This document shows positions 24,511 through 39,834 of a stretch of DNA of 64,000 bases, piece by piece. The translations under genes were made by a program, and so were the position numbers. The notes beneath the pieces were generated by a model. That model was not told where the DNA came from, ran no database searches, and was given only the letters and a program-made list of their open reading frames with translations. Origin of the DNA: Calcarisporiella thermophila CBS 279.70 (lineage: Eukaryota; Fungi; Calcarisporiellomycota). The stretch spans positions 53,111 through 117,110 of the forward strand of contig NW_027192213.1 in the NCBI RefSeq assembly GCF_041956535.1. The letters are read 5' to 3'. How positions within the stretch are numbered: the first letter of the stretch is position 1; each line of letters begins with the position of its first letter.

Positions 24511-26889
24511 TTAAATTCCCATGAGCTCTCTCCCTCGCACCTCTTCACTCTTTTTCTTCTTCTTTTTTCTCTCCTCGTCCGTTGACTTTTTCTTTATTTT
24601 CTTAGTCTGTTCGCCGGAGGCCTTTTTTTTCTTCTTAGGCTTACTTGCGGTGGATTCGTGCCCTTCGAGCGTCGCGCCTTCATCATCAATTTGCGCGTAC
24701 TCTTCGCGAGAAGGAACATACTTCTCCCAAGCATTGAGGTTGGATATATTGACACTTGTTTCAATATTATCCTGGGAAATAAACAACTCAGGCTGAGATT
24801 GATCATACTCCAACCAAGGATTCGAAGCACTCCCCGCCATGGCCCCGCCAAAGCTAGCTCTCTCTTTAAGCTCTTTCCCCGCACTGTGTCCTTGAGGTGG
24901 AATATCTGTATGTGTCTGTAATTGCCGTGATAAATCTTCTTCACTATCGCTGGATACTTCAGCTACTGATGCTCCTACCCCTAGGCTTATTGAACCTACT
25001 CCAATAGAATCTCCCCGATCCCAAACGTTCCCTCCAGAAAAAGTGCTACCGAATACATTTCCTCTGGTAGACGGTCTGTTTACTTCATGGTTCCACTCTG
25101 TAGACTCCTCTTCCTCGTCCGATACACCGAGATTTTCCAGCCTTCCAGATATATTTTCGAATCCCACATCCTCGTCTCCTGCCACCAGAGGATTTGGCGC
25201 TAACTCATCCATGCTTCTCGCCTTTTCAATTTCATAACTACTATTCTTGGCCTTTACATCGCCTACCTCATCGAAGAAATCAGCTGAAATTTCTCCTGCA
25301 TTAAATTGATCTACGGAGTTATTATCTTCTAATGAAGATACTATCCCTACGGTTGCTGTCGAAGGCGCTACTGGACGCAAGGGTATTTCTGCGGAGCCAG
25401 GAGAAGGCATCGCACTCTTCCAGAGCCCCTCATTGCGCGTATCCTCATGCGTACGGTTTTCTGTAACCTCCACATGATTATATTTGGTGGATATAGCATC
25501 TTGACTAGAATTAGATGCAACCCGAAACTCTTCCGGTATTTCATCTCTACTATCAAGATGAGCGATTAGCTGTGTAAGTTCTTCCGTTTTTCTCTCGAGT
25601 TGTTGACGCAAAATTTCTTTCTGTTATATGAGAATACAAATGACTATGTAATTAAAAGTTTATCACTATATAGATAAATGTGGCAAGTACCTGAAGTTCC
25701 AAGAACGGCACACCCAAGTACTTGTAAATGAATTCAAGCCCGTATGCAGTAAACATACTCGCTTCAATGTAGCGGATGAGAAAAGAAGGCTTTGGGCTGC
25801 GTGCACGTTTACGATTATACTGATGTATACCATTAGCCACCTGGGCCGGCTGGACAACTCGTTTATCGCTGAGAAAGTGATGGCAGGGAATTAATTCTTG
25901 AATTGCTTATTGTGTGAAGCCATTGCGGATAATTGGCATACACTGCTTATCCACTACAATACATGTCCACCTACCTCATATCTGTGAAATTAGCCTGAAT
26001 ATCATAGTTTGCGTCCAATGGGTATATTTTACATCAGTAACCCAAATAATGTAATAAATAATATTTTCTTATAACATACCACTACTAAAACGGCAAGATT
26101 ATGTGGAACATTAGCCAGTTCCCTTACCACATAGTCGAAAGTCCACTGTTTTGTCACGTCAAACAGGAATATTACTGCATTAGTGTTTCGGTATACATCG
26201 ATTGTAGTAGCGTCGAGAGCTAGATTCCCGGAGGATGTTCGCTTTTCCTGTCCAGCTGCTTTAATATAATTATTTACTGGCAGTTCACACACAAGGGAAT
26301 AATGAGGAAAAATACCAGACTTTGGAGGCTTTTTAGGTGCATTTTCCAATTTAAGTTCTACATTCCCACTCGGGATATCTGCTCCAGCTGCCTTGTCAAC
26401 CACATCCCACACCTCAACCTTAACTACATCATTGGATTCTGTGTGAAGATATACTTAGTCTACCATGAAAGCATAATTAGAATATTTCCTTGACCACATG
26501 CCTGATTTCCAAGGAATATTGGCAACTTGAATATGGGGTGTCGTTGTATAGGCTTTTTCAAAATCAATGCCTTGAAGTCGTGCAACTAGGTTCCACAAAA
26601 TAAGAGTCAGATCATTTTCCACAAAATTATTACAACTTACACAGTGAAGATTTTCCAGTCATCACATCTCCGCGAATAATAACTTTTACTTTATGAAAGC
26701 GCGCACCTTTTAATAGAAGATCATTATAGTAACTGAAATAATATACTAACGATTATATTGAATTCCACGTCGAAACAATCCACTCATGGGTTTGAACGTG
26801 GGGGTAGCAGAATTTGTGCCTCCAGTATGCGATGTAGAAGGATCGGGTTTTGAATCCCCTGAGAAGAGTTTGCTGACGGATGACCACAT
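24511..26889 (-). CDS. RABL6: Rab-like protein 6 (RABL6/PARF) orthologue
   Basis: Spliced 'RGIQYNLKVIIRGDVMTGKSSLFARLQG', 'VVKVEVWDVVDK', 'LDATTIDVYRNT..FDVTKQWTFDYV', 'YIEASM..YGLEFIYKYLGVPFLELQ', acidic/Lys-rich tail. Confidence 0.88.
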
Positions 26890-27068
26890 TTTTACGAATT
26901 AATGTGATCTTCCTAATATTAAAACAATTTTTTCCAGATCGATATGGTACATCCTTTCCGCGTTAAATTATATCAAGTGACTGTCTTTGATGATGACGTT
27001 TACTTACAATAAAACCTCTCGCTATCTGACTATATCGCTCTCTGACCGTTCTTTAGGTAGCCGCGATA

Positions 27069-28156
27069 ATGGCCTCCCTCCAGGATTCAATCAATTCCTT
27101 TAAAAAGAGTATGCTCGCGCAGAGCGGTACTGGCTTTCGCCGTACCGCGATCGGGGCTACCACAACGGCTCCGACGGTAAAAAACGAAGCCGCACATCCT
27201 GCTTCACCAAAGAAGAAGCGAAAAAAGGCAACCATTACTGGTTTGTTCTCAATAAAATCATCTCAATTAAGCGTAGGATCTGACGGATGATTTTGGAAAA
27301 ATATGTAATTAGCTTCCGAGGAGAAGGGTCTGGGACAGCATGTATGGTCCCAGGTTTACAGTATTATTAGCCATCTCAAGGTTAATTTTATGTAGCACAT
27401 TAGAATGACAAAACAAAGGAATTAATACTTCGTACGTGAATTGGTAGAGCGTCGATGATCCACAGACCATTGAAGCGCTCAAAAAATCGACAGGGGTGGA
27501 CGTGGCCGCCAATCCACAGCTCTATAAGCTACTTACAAATAACCCTAAGATTGATTTTGATGAAGCGACACGAACATTTGCATACAAGGTATATGTTCTT
27601 CTAGAAGTGCGGTTAAACCACGATACTCATATTGGCTCTACGTATAGCCCACATTTAATATCAAAAGCACCGATGATCTCCTTGCTCTTCTAGAAGAGCG
27701 CAAAGATCTTGGTGGAATGGAAGTCAAAGATCTCCTAGACTCGTATAAAGGACTTTCTGCTGCAGTGGACGAGCTTGAAGCAGCAGGACGACTTCTAGTT
27801 GTCCGCAACAAAGACCGGGCACCACGAATACTCTTCTATAATGACCCATATTATAACACAAATGTAGATGAAGAGTTCAAAACGTTATGGCATAATCTGA
27901 AGATCCCAGACCAGTTTGATCTAGGAATGGAGCTAGAGAAGGCTGGTCTGAAGACAATGGAGGTGTTCGAACAGAGAATTAAAAGCGAAGTAAGTAATAG
28001 GTACAGCTGGGGTTGAGGCATTCGTCCATATAACCTATTCTCTTCTAGGATGAGCCTAAAAAGAAAAAGTCAAGGTCTCGAAACCGCAAGGTCAAGATCA
28101 CAAACACACACTTGGAGAACATCGATCTCACCAAGGATTACCCAGTCAAGAAATAA
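27069..28156 (+). CDS. TFA2: Transcription initiation factor TFIIE beta subunit
   Basis: 'LTNNPKIDF..TFAYKP.FNIKS', 'VKDLLDSY', 'VDEEFKTLWH', C-terminal 'KITNTHL'. Confidence 0.92.
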
Positions 28157-28330
28157 TTACACTTACATTATCTTGCATTGTACAAACATTTTTCTTCCCT
28201 CTTCAATCTCTCCTTGCTAATCAAATAGAAAAAAAAAATCAATGACAATTTAATGTGATTATTATATAATACAAAGTAAAACATACAAGTAAATATATAT
28301 ATAAAACACTAAGGGTAGCAGAAGCCAATC

Positions 28331-30251
28331 TTAAGAATGCTCCACATTCTCAGCTGTCGCTGCGACACACACTTCCTCTGACAGCTCCCGAGGTAAAAAT
28401 TTGTGAGCCAGTGATTCTAGGGTCGCTTTAGAAGACAATACTCTTTGCCGTCGCATCAACATCAAAACATCGTCGTCTTCGATCGTCTTTCTTCCCGCGT
28501 GCTGTGAATAAACTGACAAATCTTCGCTGAGCTGTTCAAAGTAGAGATGCGATCCTTCAATTACTGCGTCTAGAGCATCTTTCGAGATTTTCCCGCGCGC
28601 AAAGGTAGAAAGAATTTGTTTAATAAGGTTGTTGGGCAGATTTGGAACTTCATATCCGGCAGCAGAGAAGCGCTTCTGCTTTTTAGCACGAGGTTTACGC
28701 GGTTTTTTTCCAGGAACTGCTGTGGGAGCTGGCGGAGGGAGCATTGCGGTAGTGTGTGGAGTAGGTCGTGCAGCAGTTTCAAGCAGCTTTGTCCTTTGAA
28801 GTCTAGAAATAAAATTAGTATTAGCTTGCTAAATCCTGAGCCCGAGCTTAAGCTAATAAAGCTACATACATTGAGAGGGGCTCAATGGGCATACGCTTTT
28901 GTTTGAGTATCTCTTCCCTTTCGTCGTGCCTACCATCGAAGCTAACTTCCTCATCAAACCGAAATGAAGGTCTTTTTTGGGTTGCAACACTCAAATCATC
29001 CATATCTTCCATAAACGCATCTCCCTCGATCGCTTGATCCTGCATTAACTCATTCAACTCTTCATCTTGCAATTCATGCGTCTGCTGTTCCTCCACTGCC
29101 GTCTTTTCTCTCTCCATCTCTTCAATTTTCTCCTCTTCCTCCTCCTCAAGTTCGTCGCTCTTTTCATATCCTAAATCTCTTAAACTCACATCTTTTCCAA
29201 AATCGATACTTATGTCTGATTTTGCAGATTCCTCGAATGGCTCTTTCTCGCGCACTTCCTGCAGAGAATCTTTCTCTAAGAGCAAACTCTCGTCCTCCAT
29301 CGCTGCTTCTCGCTCTCGAATAAGACTCTCAATATCAATTGAATCCCCTAAATCGAGAGACGATAAAAATGACGTATCAAAGTTTAGTTCGGGGAAAGCA
29401 CGCCCCAGTCGCCCTTTCTGAATGATTGAGGATAGCTGACGGAGTTTATCGGCAGACGGCGTTTGTTCCAAGTCAGCCAGCAAACTCCCTGCTTCCTCAA
29501 GATCGCGAATTGTTTCAGAATCTAGATTAAGAGTGGGTGAATGTTCAATGGATGCCAATATTCCCGTTGTATCAGGCTTATAAATTGAAGTAGAGCTGGA
29601 ATTGGATGTAGAACTACTAGGTGGAACTATAGGTGTAAAAGGAGTCGCAGAAAATCCCTTCATTCTGAGCAGAGTTTGCTGTTGGATCGGTGTGGACGTT
29701 GCCAATGCATGAGCAGGAGTAGCTAAAGGAGTCGATGACTTGAACCCAGGTAGCCGACTAAGGAATCGTAGGATGTTCATTGGCGTTTCTGCATGGAGAT
29801 TAATATTTGCCCGTGATTTACCCTTGCTTCTAGTGGAAGATTTCCGATGAGCACTAGAGCGAGTAGCATAGAGATCCTTTTGGTGAGATTTGCTGGTAGG
29901 ATGTGAGAGAGACTAAAGCGTATTGATCTTAGTCAATTGCTACAGTATAAAGTGTAATCAACTCCATACCTTAAGATCTGATGCTGACATATCATCATGC
30001 AGATTTGGAATAAATAGTTTGGAGCGATCGCCGCCAGATTGTTGACGTTGCGCAGCGTTTATTTGTTTGGGGGTGGTATATGGTGTTGATCGATGCCCTG
30101 GGCGATGCGGCTGAACTGCAGAGCCACCTACGCGTGGAGTACGCCCTGGAGTGCGGCTGGGAGTGCGCCAAGGTACGACGCGTTTTGCGTCGGATTTAGG
30201 CTCTGATTTTTCTCTGTCTTTTGTATTGTCATTGTTATTATTGCTTGACAT
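28331..30251 (-). CDS. CENPT: Centromere protein T (CENP-T/Cnp20), histone-fold kinetochore protein
   Basis: Long disordered N-terminus with S/T-P sites, 'TPMNILRFLSR' motif, C-terminal histone fold 'YFEQLSEDLSVYSQHAGRKTIEDDDVLMLMRRQ...LAHKFLPREL'. Confidence 0.87.
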
Positions 30252-30289
30252 TTTTTTTTACATTGAAACAGCAGTAGCATGAGAATTGG

Positions 30290-30295
30290 ACGCGT
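30290..30295. promoter_or_regulatory. MCB-like element ACGCGT in the CENP-T/PRP4K divergent promoter
   Basis: ACGCGT 39 bp upstream of the CENP-T ATG in an otherwise AT-rich 141-bp spacer. Confidence 0.35.
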
Positions 30296-30392
30296 TAATA
30301 TCCATTTAAATCGCCCTCAACAACAATTAAATAAAAGATAATTAATATTTGCGAAGCAATATAATATATTTCTTGCACTCAAGATATCAACT

Positions 30393-32625
<2,233 letters not shown>

Positions 32626-32833
32626 AAGATAAACCATACTTGCTCCTCAAATGAATTGCTTGCTGGCTAGGTCTTTTTTTTATTAGGTTCTGCAGTGAAT
32701 AAAGTGCTTGCATTTAAGAGAAAACCACAAAAGTATAACACGGCTATTTATTTGAACACGTACAAATATTTATTAACACAAACAAAAGCATTAAGAAATT
32801 GGGGGGAAGGGGGCTGTAAGAGACGAGCTATGC

Positions 32834-33932
32834 TCAAGCGTCGGCCTTGGAATTCTGCGCAGAGGGGGAGTGAGTGCGTTGTCCATACTAGATTGGTAAT
32901 ATCCAACTTACATCGATTTGCATGTATTGATCGAGTTGAGCATCTAGCTCTTCGGCGGTGGCGGGCTTCTTTTGTGTTGGCTTTTCCCGCCTACCGCCCG
33001 ATTTTCCACGCCTACCGGCGCCACGCCCACTGGATTTATCCTCGCGCGAACCTAGCCGTGAAAAAATTCCACTACGTGAATTCCCCTCACCTTTGGAACG
33101 TCTCTCGACGTACACTCTTTCAGAAGGTGCTAGGATGGTAATTTTCATGGGTTGGCCTAGAAAGCAACAGAGTGAGCTTTCATTCTACCGAAGGCATGCT
33201 AATGATTGTGCCGTATTGGAGAGGCAAGTCTGCATACCATCCAATGTCACACCATCGTACTGCTTGTATGCTTCAGCAGCATCATAAGGGTTTTCGAAAA
33301 TTAAGTCGGCAATACCAGTCGATCGGCCGGAACGATCGAAACGGATTTGGCATTTCTTCAAGGGACCGATTTGCGAGAAGAGCTCCTGATGAAGGGGGGG
33401 GGGGGGATTTTGGTCCAATGAGTAAATTCGAAATCTTAGGGAATATACTAGCTCATAATTGCCTTGAGATCATCATTGGTAATCTCGTAAAATAAATTCT
33501 CGACCGTGATCCGGTCGGGGACCCTCGGCTGCTGATTCCCAGATCCTGCCTGCGCATCGGCTTTCTTAGGTCGCTGATTAAAAAAGAAAAGGCAAAAATA
33601 TCGAGTATGAGCGATTCTCTGTTCTGGTTGCTTGCTGACACGAGGTGATGGTTCTCGTCCCATCGCCAAGAATAACGGCAAAATCAAAGAAAAGATTTAG
33701 AATAAAACCTATTTAAAGTTGGGAGGAACCATATGAATACGGTTGGATCATATGAATGCATGCTATCGATCTATGACACTACCTGATAAGGAGATGAGCG
33801 CGCTTGCCTCCTGGAACCGCGTCCGCTATTGCGGACACCGCCGCCATCACGTCTTTGGCGTTTCTGAGTTTTGTCCTGCTTGACAATGTCATCAAGTGCC
33901 ATGTCAAGAGGAGCGCTCGAAGTTTCCATCAT
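32834..33932 (-). CDS. YRA1: Yra1/ALYREF(THOC4)-like mRNA export adaptor
   Basis: N-box 'LDMALDDIVK', RRM 'ITVENLFYEITNDDLK|ELF.QIGPLKK..FDRSGRSTG', C-box 'TAEELDAQLDQYM'; last exon NSKADA* after a GTAAGT intron. Confidence 0.9.
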
Positions 33933-34109
33933 GGGGAGAATTACAAGGACAATGGGCGAGGAAAGGAGGAAATAGACAGAAAAAAATAAAAAGGAAATTG
34001 CGAGAGACAAAATAAAATATGACGACACAAAAGCAGTCCGACCCAATTTTTTGTTTGGAGTTTCTCTATAATACAACTTCGACGATTTAGCTAGGACGCC
34101 AGAGTCTAA

Positions 34110-34461
<352 letters not shown>

Positions 34462-34777
34462 TAAATGTGGTTTGCGGTCCATTTAGAATGTGCTATTTAT
34501 GATAAGCGAATTGTATTAACAGTATATAAAATCATTCCTCGCCATTGATCCCTCTAATCCGCTAAAGGATAATTATTTCGAATTCGCCGCATATCCTCCC
34601 TCCTATACTTGGGACTGCCAAGCCTTAAATTATCGAGCTAATCAAATTCCAATCAAGCCTCAGGTGCTTAAATTTCAAATGTATATTGGGGAGAGCACCC
34701 AACAAAATTAGTCTAAAACTGGGTCTGCCCTTCTATTTCTACACTTTTGCGTTTCAAACAACCCCATATGATACTCA

Positions 34778-35680
34778 ATGACAGAACCAACATTCAATTT
34801 CGCATCTAGTCATGGATTGACTGCTTTCACGATAGGCTCTGCCATCATGGCCATTTCCTATTGCATTGGACACTATTCGTTCCCTGCAGTGAAGCAGCGG
34901 GGCTGGGTGCTCTCACTAGTCGCCAGTAGCGTGATGACGCTAGGATGTCTCCCAAGATTATATGACCTCTTCATCAATGCAGGATTCGATATTCGTCGCA
35001 TTTCGCCAGAATCACCCTACACTCAAATGCTCTCCGGCTTCTTCTCTGCCTTTCTCTTAATGGATTTGGTGCTGGGTGTACTGTTCTACCGCCCTTACCT
35101 TGACCCTCTCTCTGGTTGGGTGCACCATATTGCCTACCTGCTCTTGATGGGCTATCTACTTAACAACGGGAGCTGCTACGGCTTTATCCTCATGTGCCCG
35201 CTTGAGTTTCCTACTATGTTGCTCTCGCTTGGCCAGATTAACAAGAAGTTTCGCAACGACGTATTCTTCGGCACTGCATTTTTCGCCACGCGAATATTGT
35301 ATCACGGCATCATGATTACGCAGTTTTACGCCTATTACCCTGTGCGTTTCTTCTGGAAGCTCACCTTCTTGTTCTATCCGATGCATCTATTCTGGTTTTA
35401 CGGATTCCTGCGCCAGCAAGTCCGGCTCGCAAAGAAGAAGAATGCGACTGGAAGGAAGCAGGAGGAGCGCATCGAGAAACGTAACGGTTTGCCCGAGAAG
35501 CACCCTGCTGTGATCATTCAAGAGTATTGCAAGCCTAAAAATGACCTTGTTCATCCCAATGTCTCGTTGTTAGAGACCCGGATTGTGGAAGAGGGATTCC
35601 GGCCTCGTTTCCGCCGACATCTTTCGAGCATGATTAGAACTCTCAAAGGTCCGACTCCACAGCCGATATCCGTACATTAG
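34778..35680 (+). CDS. TLC (TRAM/LAG1/CLN8) domain membrane protein
   Basis: Multi-TM; 'DLVLG..Y...LSGWVHHIAY', 'EFPTMLL', 'FFATRILYH', 'HLFWF'; single exon. Confidence 0.85.
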   Translation: MTEPTFNFASSHGLTAFTIGSAIMAISYCIGHYSFPAVKQRGWVLSLVASSVMTLGCLPRLYDLFINAGFDIRRISPESPYTQMLSGFFSAFLLMDLVLGVLFYRPYLDPLSGWVHHIAYLLLMGYLLNNGSCYGFILMCPLEFPTMLLSLGQINKKFRNDVFFGTAFFATRILYHGIMITQFYAYYPVRFFWKLTFLFYPMHLFWFYGFLRQQVRLAKKKNATGRKQEERIEKRNGLPEKHPAVIIQEYCKPKNDLVHPNVSLLETRIVEEGFRPRFRRHLSSMIRTLKGPTPQPISVH

Positions 35681-35963
35681 AGCTGTCTTAGATTGTTTCT
35701 TTGCTTATTTCACTACACGTGTATTTTATTTATATCAACCTATCCCTACCTATCCATATCTCCCCTGTCAATCCTGTTCCTGTTTAGTTTTCTTGTACCA
35801 AGTCCCTTGTATTTTTTTTATGCTACTAGATAGCCATTATTAAAGATTTATGCCTGGAGGAGACTTCCATTTTTTGAATGGCGCAGTCAGTATATAATAC
35901 TTCCAAGTTCTCTCCATCGCGGAGTTTGCATTTTCTTTACTTTGTTTTTCTACGACACGAGAC

Positions 35964-38897
35964 ATGGACTGTCCACACATTGCCACTACTGAGCTGAAGC
36001 CACCGGGCCCCGGCACCCAGGTGTATAAGGAGGAATGCACGCAATGCTTTGATTCTCAGGTAGGCTATCCCATTGGAAATCTCGAAAGCATTCGTGTTCT
36101 GAAGGTTAATGTTACCAACTTGCTGGGGGGGGTGGATGGGTGGAAACTAGGATTCGCCATTAGGAATCGACGTATGCCTTTTTTGCTTTAATGCAGGATG
36201 CCTCGCACCCGGTCGTGCTCATTCTGATCTACACTATCAGAAGACGCAGCATCCGATTGTACTTAATATCCGACGCGTGAGAAAAGAGAAACCGCATAGG
36301 GTAAAATAGTGTTGGCGTTTTGACATTGGCTTAATAAGAGATCACATGAATTTGGGTCGTGGATTAGGAAGGCGAAGAACCACCTAATAAAATCACGCGT
36401 CTTGCCATCACCCCCGAGAATGAGCAGGATCTTTACGACTATATTACCCAACCAAAATGTCTTGCTTGTGGGGGACTTGAATTAGATCGTGGCGGCAACA
36501 GCAAGGTGCGTTGTTCGCCCCTAACTCCCCTAGTTTTGAGACCATCATTGAACAGTATTGATCGTTTTTTAGCTCTCTGCAACTATTGATGGCGTATTGA
36601 ACTCACTCTCAGCTATGCGGCAGTCGGAAGTGAAGGCGTGGGAAGAGGAAATCTACCCTTGCGAGCACACTCTAACACTGGTACAGGAGCCTCCGAAGAA
36701 GCTTGAATCCCAAGGTACTCTCTCGATGCTCTGCCTCCCCTATCGCCTTTGAAAGAACCTCCCCCCAATTACTAATTCCTTTGGAAACCATAGCTCTAGC
36801 GCATTGTAACAATTGTGAGTTGAAGGAAAATCTTTGGCTCTGCCTTGTATGTGGCAACCTCGGGTGTGGGCGTCGACAGTACGATGGGACCGGTGGGAAT
36901 GGGCATGCGCTCGACCATTTCAAAGCGACTGGCCATAGCGTAAACTGCAAGCTCGGGACCATTACTCCGGAGGGAACAGCTGGTATGTATCCTTGTTTCT
37001 AGTGTAAAGAGACTATTCGCGAGCTCACGGCATTTCTATCCGTATAGACATTTATTGCTACGCTTGTGACGACGCAAAAATCGATAATGATCTAGCCGTG
37101 CATCTTGCCAACTTTGGAATCAATGTGGCTAATCTGCAAAAGACCGAAAAGAGCATGACTGAACTGGTAAACTTCCTTTTGCTTCAGAACCCATGCTCTA
37201 CTATATTGCTGACCGCTTTTCTGTATGCTGTAGCAACTGGAACAAAATCTCAAGTTTGACTTTAGTATGACAACAGAGGATGGTAAGGAGCTTGAAGCTC
37301 TGTCCGGGCCAGGATACACCGGCTTGAAGAACCTTGGCAACAGGTTGCGTATCCAATCACCTTCCCCCTCCTTCATCCGTTTGAAATGCGGTCTAATCAT
37401 GCTAAACTATTTCCCCAACAGTTGCTACATGGCATCGGTACTGCAATCTGTCTTTTCACTCGAACCCTTCCAGAACCGCTATCTTGCCCTCTCGCTGGAA
37501 CACCCCTTGCTTTGTCCCAACGACCCGGCGAATTGCCTTGACTGCCAGCTAGTCAAGCTCGCGGACGGTCTCCTCAGCGGCCGATACTCGGTATCCCAAC
37601 CCGAAAAGCAAACGGATGGGCAAGATGGGATCACTCCCCGTATGTTCAAGAACTTGATAGGCCGTGGCCACGCAGAATTCTCGACAATGCGCCAACAGGA
37701 TGCATTTGAGTTTTTCCAGCATCTCGTCAAGACAGTGCATCAGCGGGAACGCGCCAACGGAGGCGCGGACCCAACCCACGCGTTCCAGTTCATGGAGGAG
37801 CAGCGGCTGCAATGCCTACGCTGCAACCGAGTACGGTACACCCAGAATGTGGCCCAGTCCATACAAGCTCCCGTTCCAGCACGGAAGAAGCCCGCCGCGG
37901 CCGACAAACCGGACGAGAAAGAGCCAGAGGCGGAGTATGAACCCGTGACGCTTGCCGAATGCCTGGATGCTTTTGTCGCAGAGGAGGTGCTGGAGTATAA
38001 TTGCCCGCACTGCCTGGAGAAGACCCAGGCCAAAAAGAGCGTTCGCTTTGCAACCTTCCCGCAATTCCTTGTGGTCAACGTTCGACGGTTTGAGCTTGAG
38101 AATTGGGTTCCGCGCAAGCTCCCAGTGCCGATACTGATCCCGAGTGGGACAGAGCTGGATTTAGGAAAGTACCAGGGGAAAGGACAGCAGCCCGGCGAGG
38201 AACTTTTGCCGGAAGAAGACAAGAATGCGGGTAAGCTCTCCCCCCCCCCCCTCTGCAATGCTCCGGTAGTTTCCCTAACTAACCCCCCTCTCCCCCGTCT
38301 TAAGCCTCCATCCCACAGGTGGACCCCGATGCGCTTGCGCAGCTCGAGGCCATGGGTTTCCCGCGCAATCGATGCGAGAAGGCGCTGCTGTCGACCGAGA
38401 ATGTCGGGGCAGAAGTGGCGATGAACTGGCTGCTCGAGCACATGGAGGATCCGGACATCGATGCTCCCATCGACACCGGAAAGGCCACCTCTGCGAAGCC
38501 CGTTTCGGAACAAGATGTTGCGCAGCTCTGTGATATGGGCTTTACGGGCGGGCAGGCCAAGCGCGCTCTGCGTGAAACGGATGGCAACATGGAGCGTGCG
38601 GTCGAGTGGCTGTTCAGCCACCCCGATGCGATGGATGAAGATGTCTCAATGAGTCCAGCCGGGGGGGCCACTGCGGAGGCCACGGGCAGCAGCGGAAGGG
38701 CGGGCGATGACCGGCCCCCGTTCAAGTATCAGGTCACCTCGCTCGTTTCGCACAAAGGCCCCTCGGTGCACTGTGGGCATTACGTGGCCCATGTCCTCAA
38801 GAACGGCCAGTGGGTGCTGTTCAATGACGAAAAAGTAGCCGCCGCAGAAAAACTGCCGGAGAAGGAGGTCTATCTGCTGGTGTTAACCCGAGTGTGA
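35964..38897 (+). CDS. UBP14: Ubiquitin C-terminal hydrolase 14 (USP5/isopeptidase T)
   Basis: 'VYKEECTQCFDS', ZnF-UBP 'ENLWLCLVCGNLGCGR', Cys box 'GLKNLGN|SCY', 'QQDAFEF', two UBA domains, His box 'HKGPSVHCGHYVAH..WVLFNDEKV'. Confidence 0.96.
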
Positions 38898-39261
38898 CAT
38901 GCTCGCCAAACGGCATACTCACACCTTGGGGCGCTCCGCTTGCCTGAAAGTATAGAAGCTTGTAGACCATCTGCTCGTGTCGACACATGAAAACTTTGCA
39001 ATCGATCCAAACCAATTAATTAACTAATCAATAAAAATAATAAACTTGGTCACCTCCCCTCCCTGCTCTTGAAGAAGGTCAATCGGAATTGGCTGGTTAT
39101 TTCTCTCTGGAAATCGATCAAAATGGCGCGAGTCCGCGTGGTCGCACAGCCCAACTGGCTTACAGATTTTAAAGATGCGGGGGCCTCGAAAGAGATTGGA
39201 AATTTCGCCTTTGCTCGGATTCACAAGCGCACCCCCCCCCCCTTTTTTTCCTCTAGCCAAC

Positions 39262-39834
39262 ATGCCACTTACCAAGAAGCCCGTCTTCACTGACCAGAGC
39301 GCCCCCATTGGCGCCCCCTATTCTCAGGCCATCGTCATAGGGGACTTAGTCTACTGTTCTGGAATCATCCCGCAAAAACCGGATGGTAAGGAGGATTCCC
39401 ACCATGACTGCCATGACCCTCCTCTATCCATGGAAAGAGACCATGCGAAAACGCGAGCTCATCTCCTTTATGTCGTGTAGGTGAAATTGTTCGCACAGAC
39501 ATCCAGTCCCAGACGCGTGTCATTCTCTCCAACGTGGCCAATGTCTTGAAAGCCTCGGGCTCCGATATCCAGAATCTGGTCAAGGTTAACGTGTATCTTC
39601 GGGATATGGCCGACTTTGATGCAATGAACAAGGTCTACGATGAGGTGAGGAAGAATGGCTCGACTCAATGGAAAAGAGTTCGCACGGATGGAGAGTGACC
39701 TTGGAATCTAACCTCTAATCTCTTGTGTTTTTTCCAAGATACTACCCAACCCGAAACCCGCGCGAACCTGCATCCAGCCCGGAAGACTGCCCAAAGACGT
39801 CGACATCGAAATCGAGTGTGTTGCTCACCTGTAG
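39262..39834 (+). CDS. RidA/YjgF family enamine/imine deaminase (Mmf1/Hmf1-like)
   Basis: 'APYSQAIV..LVYCSG', 'VKVNVYLRDMADFDAMNKVY', 'PKPARTC..LPKDVDIEIECVA'; two introns. Confidence 0.93.
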
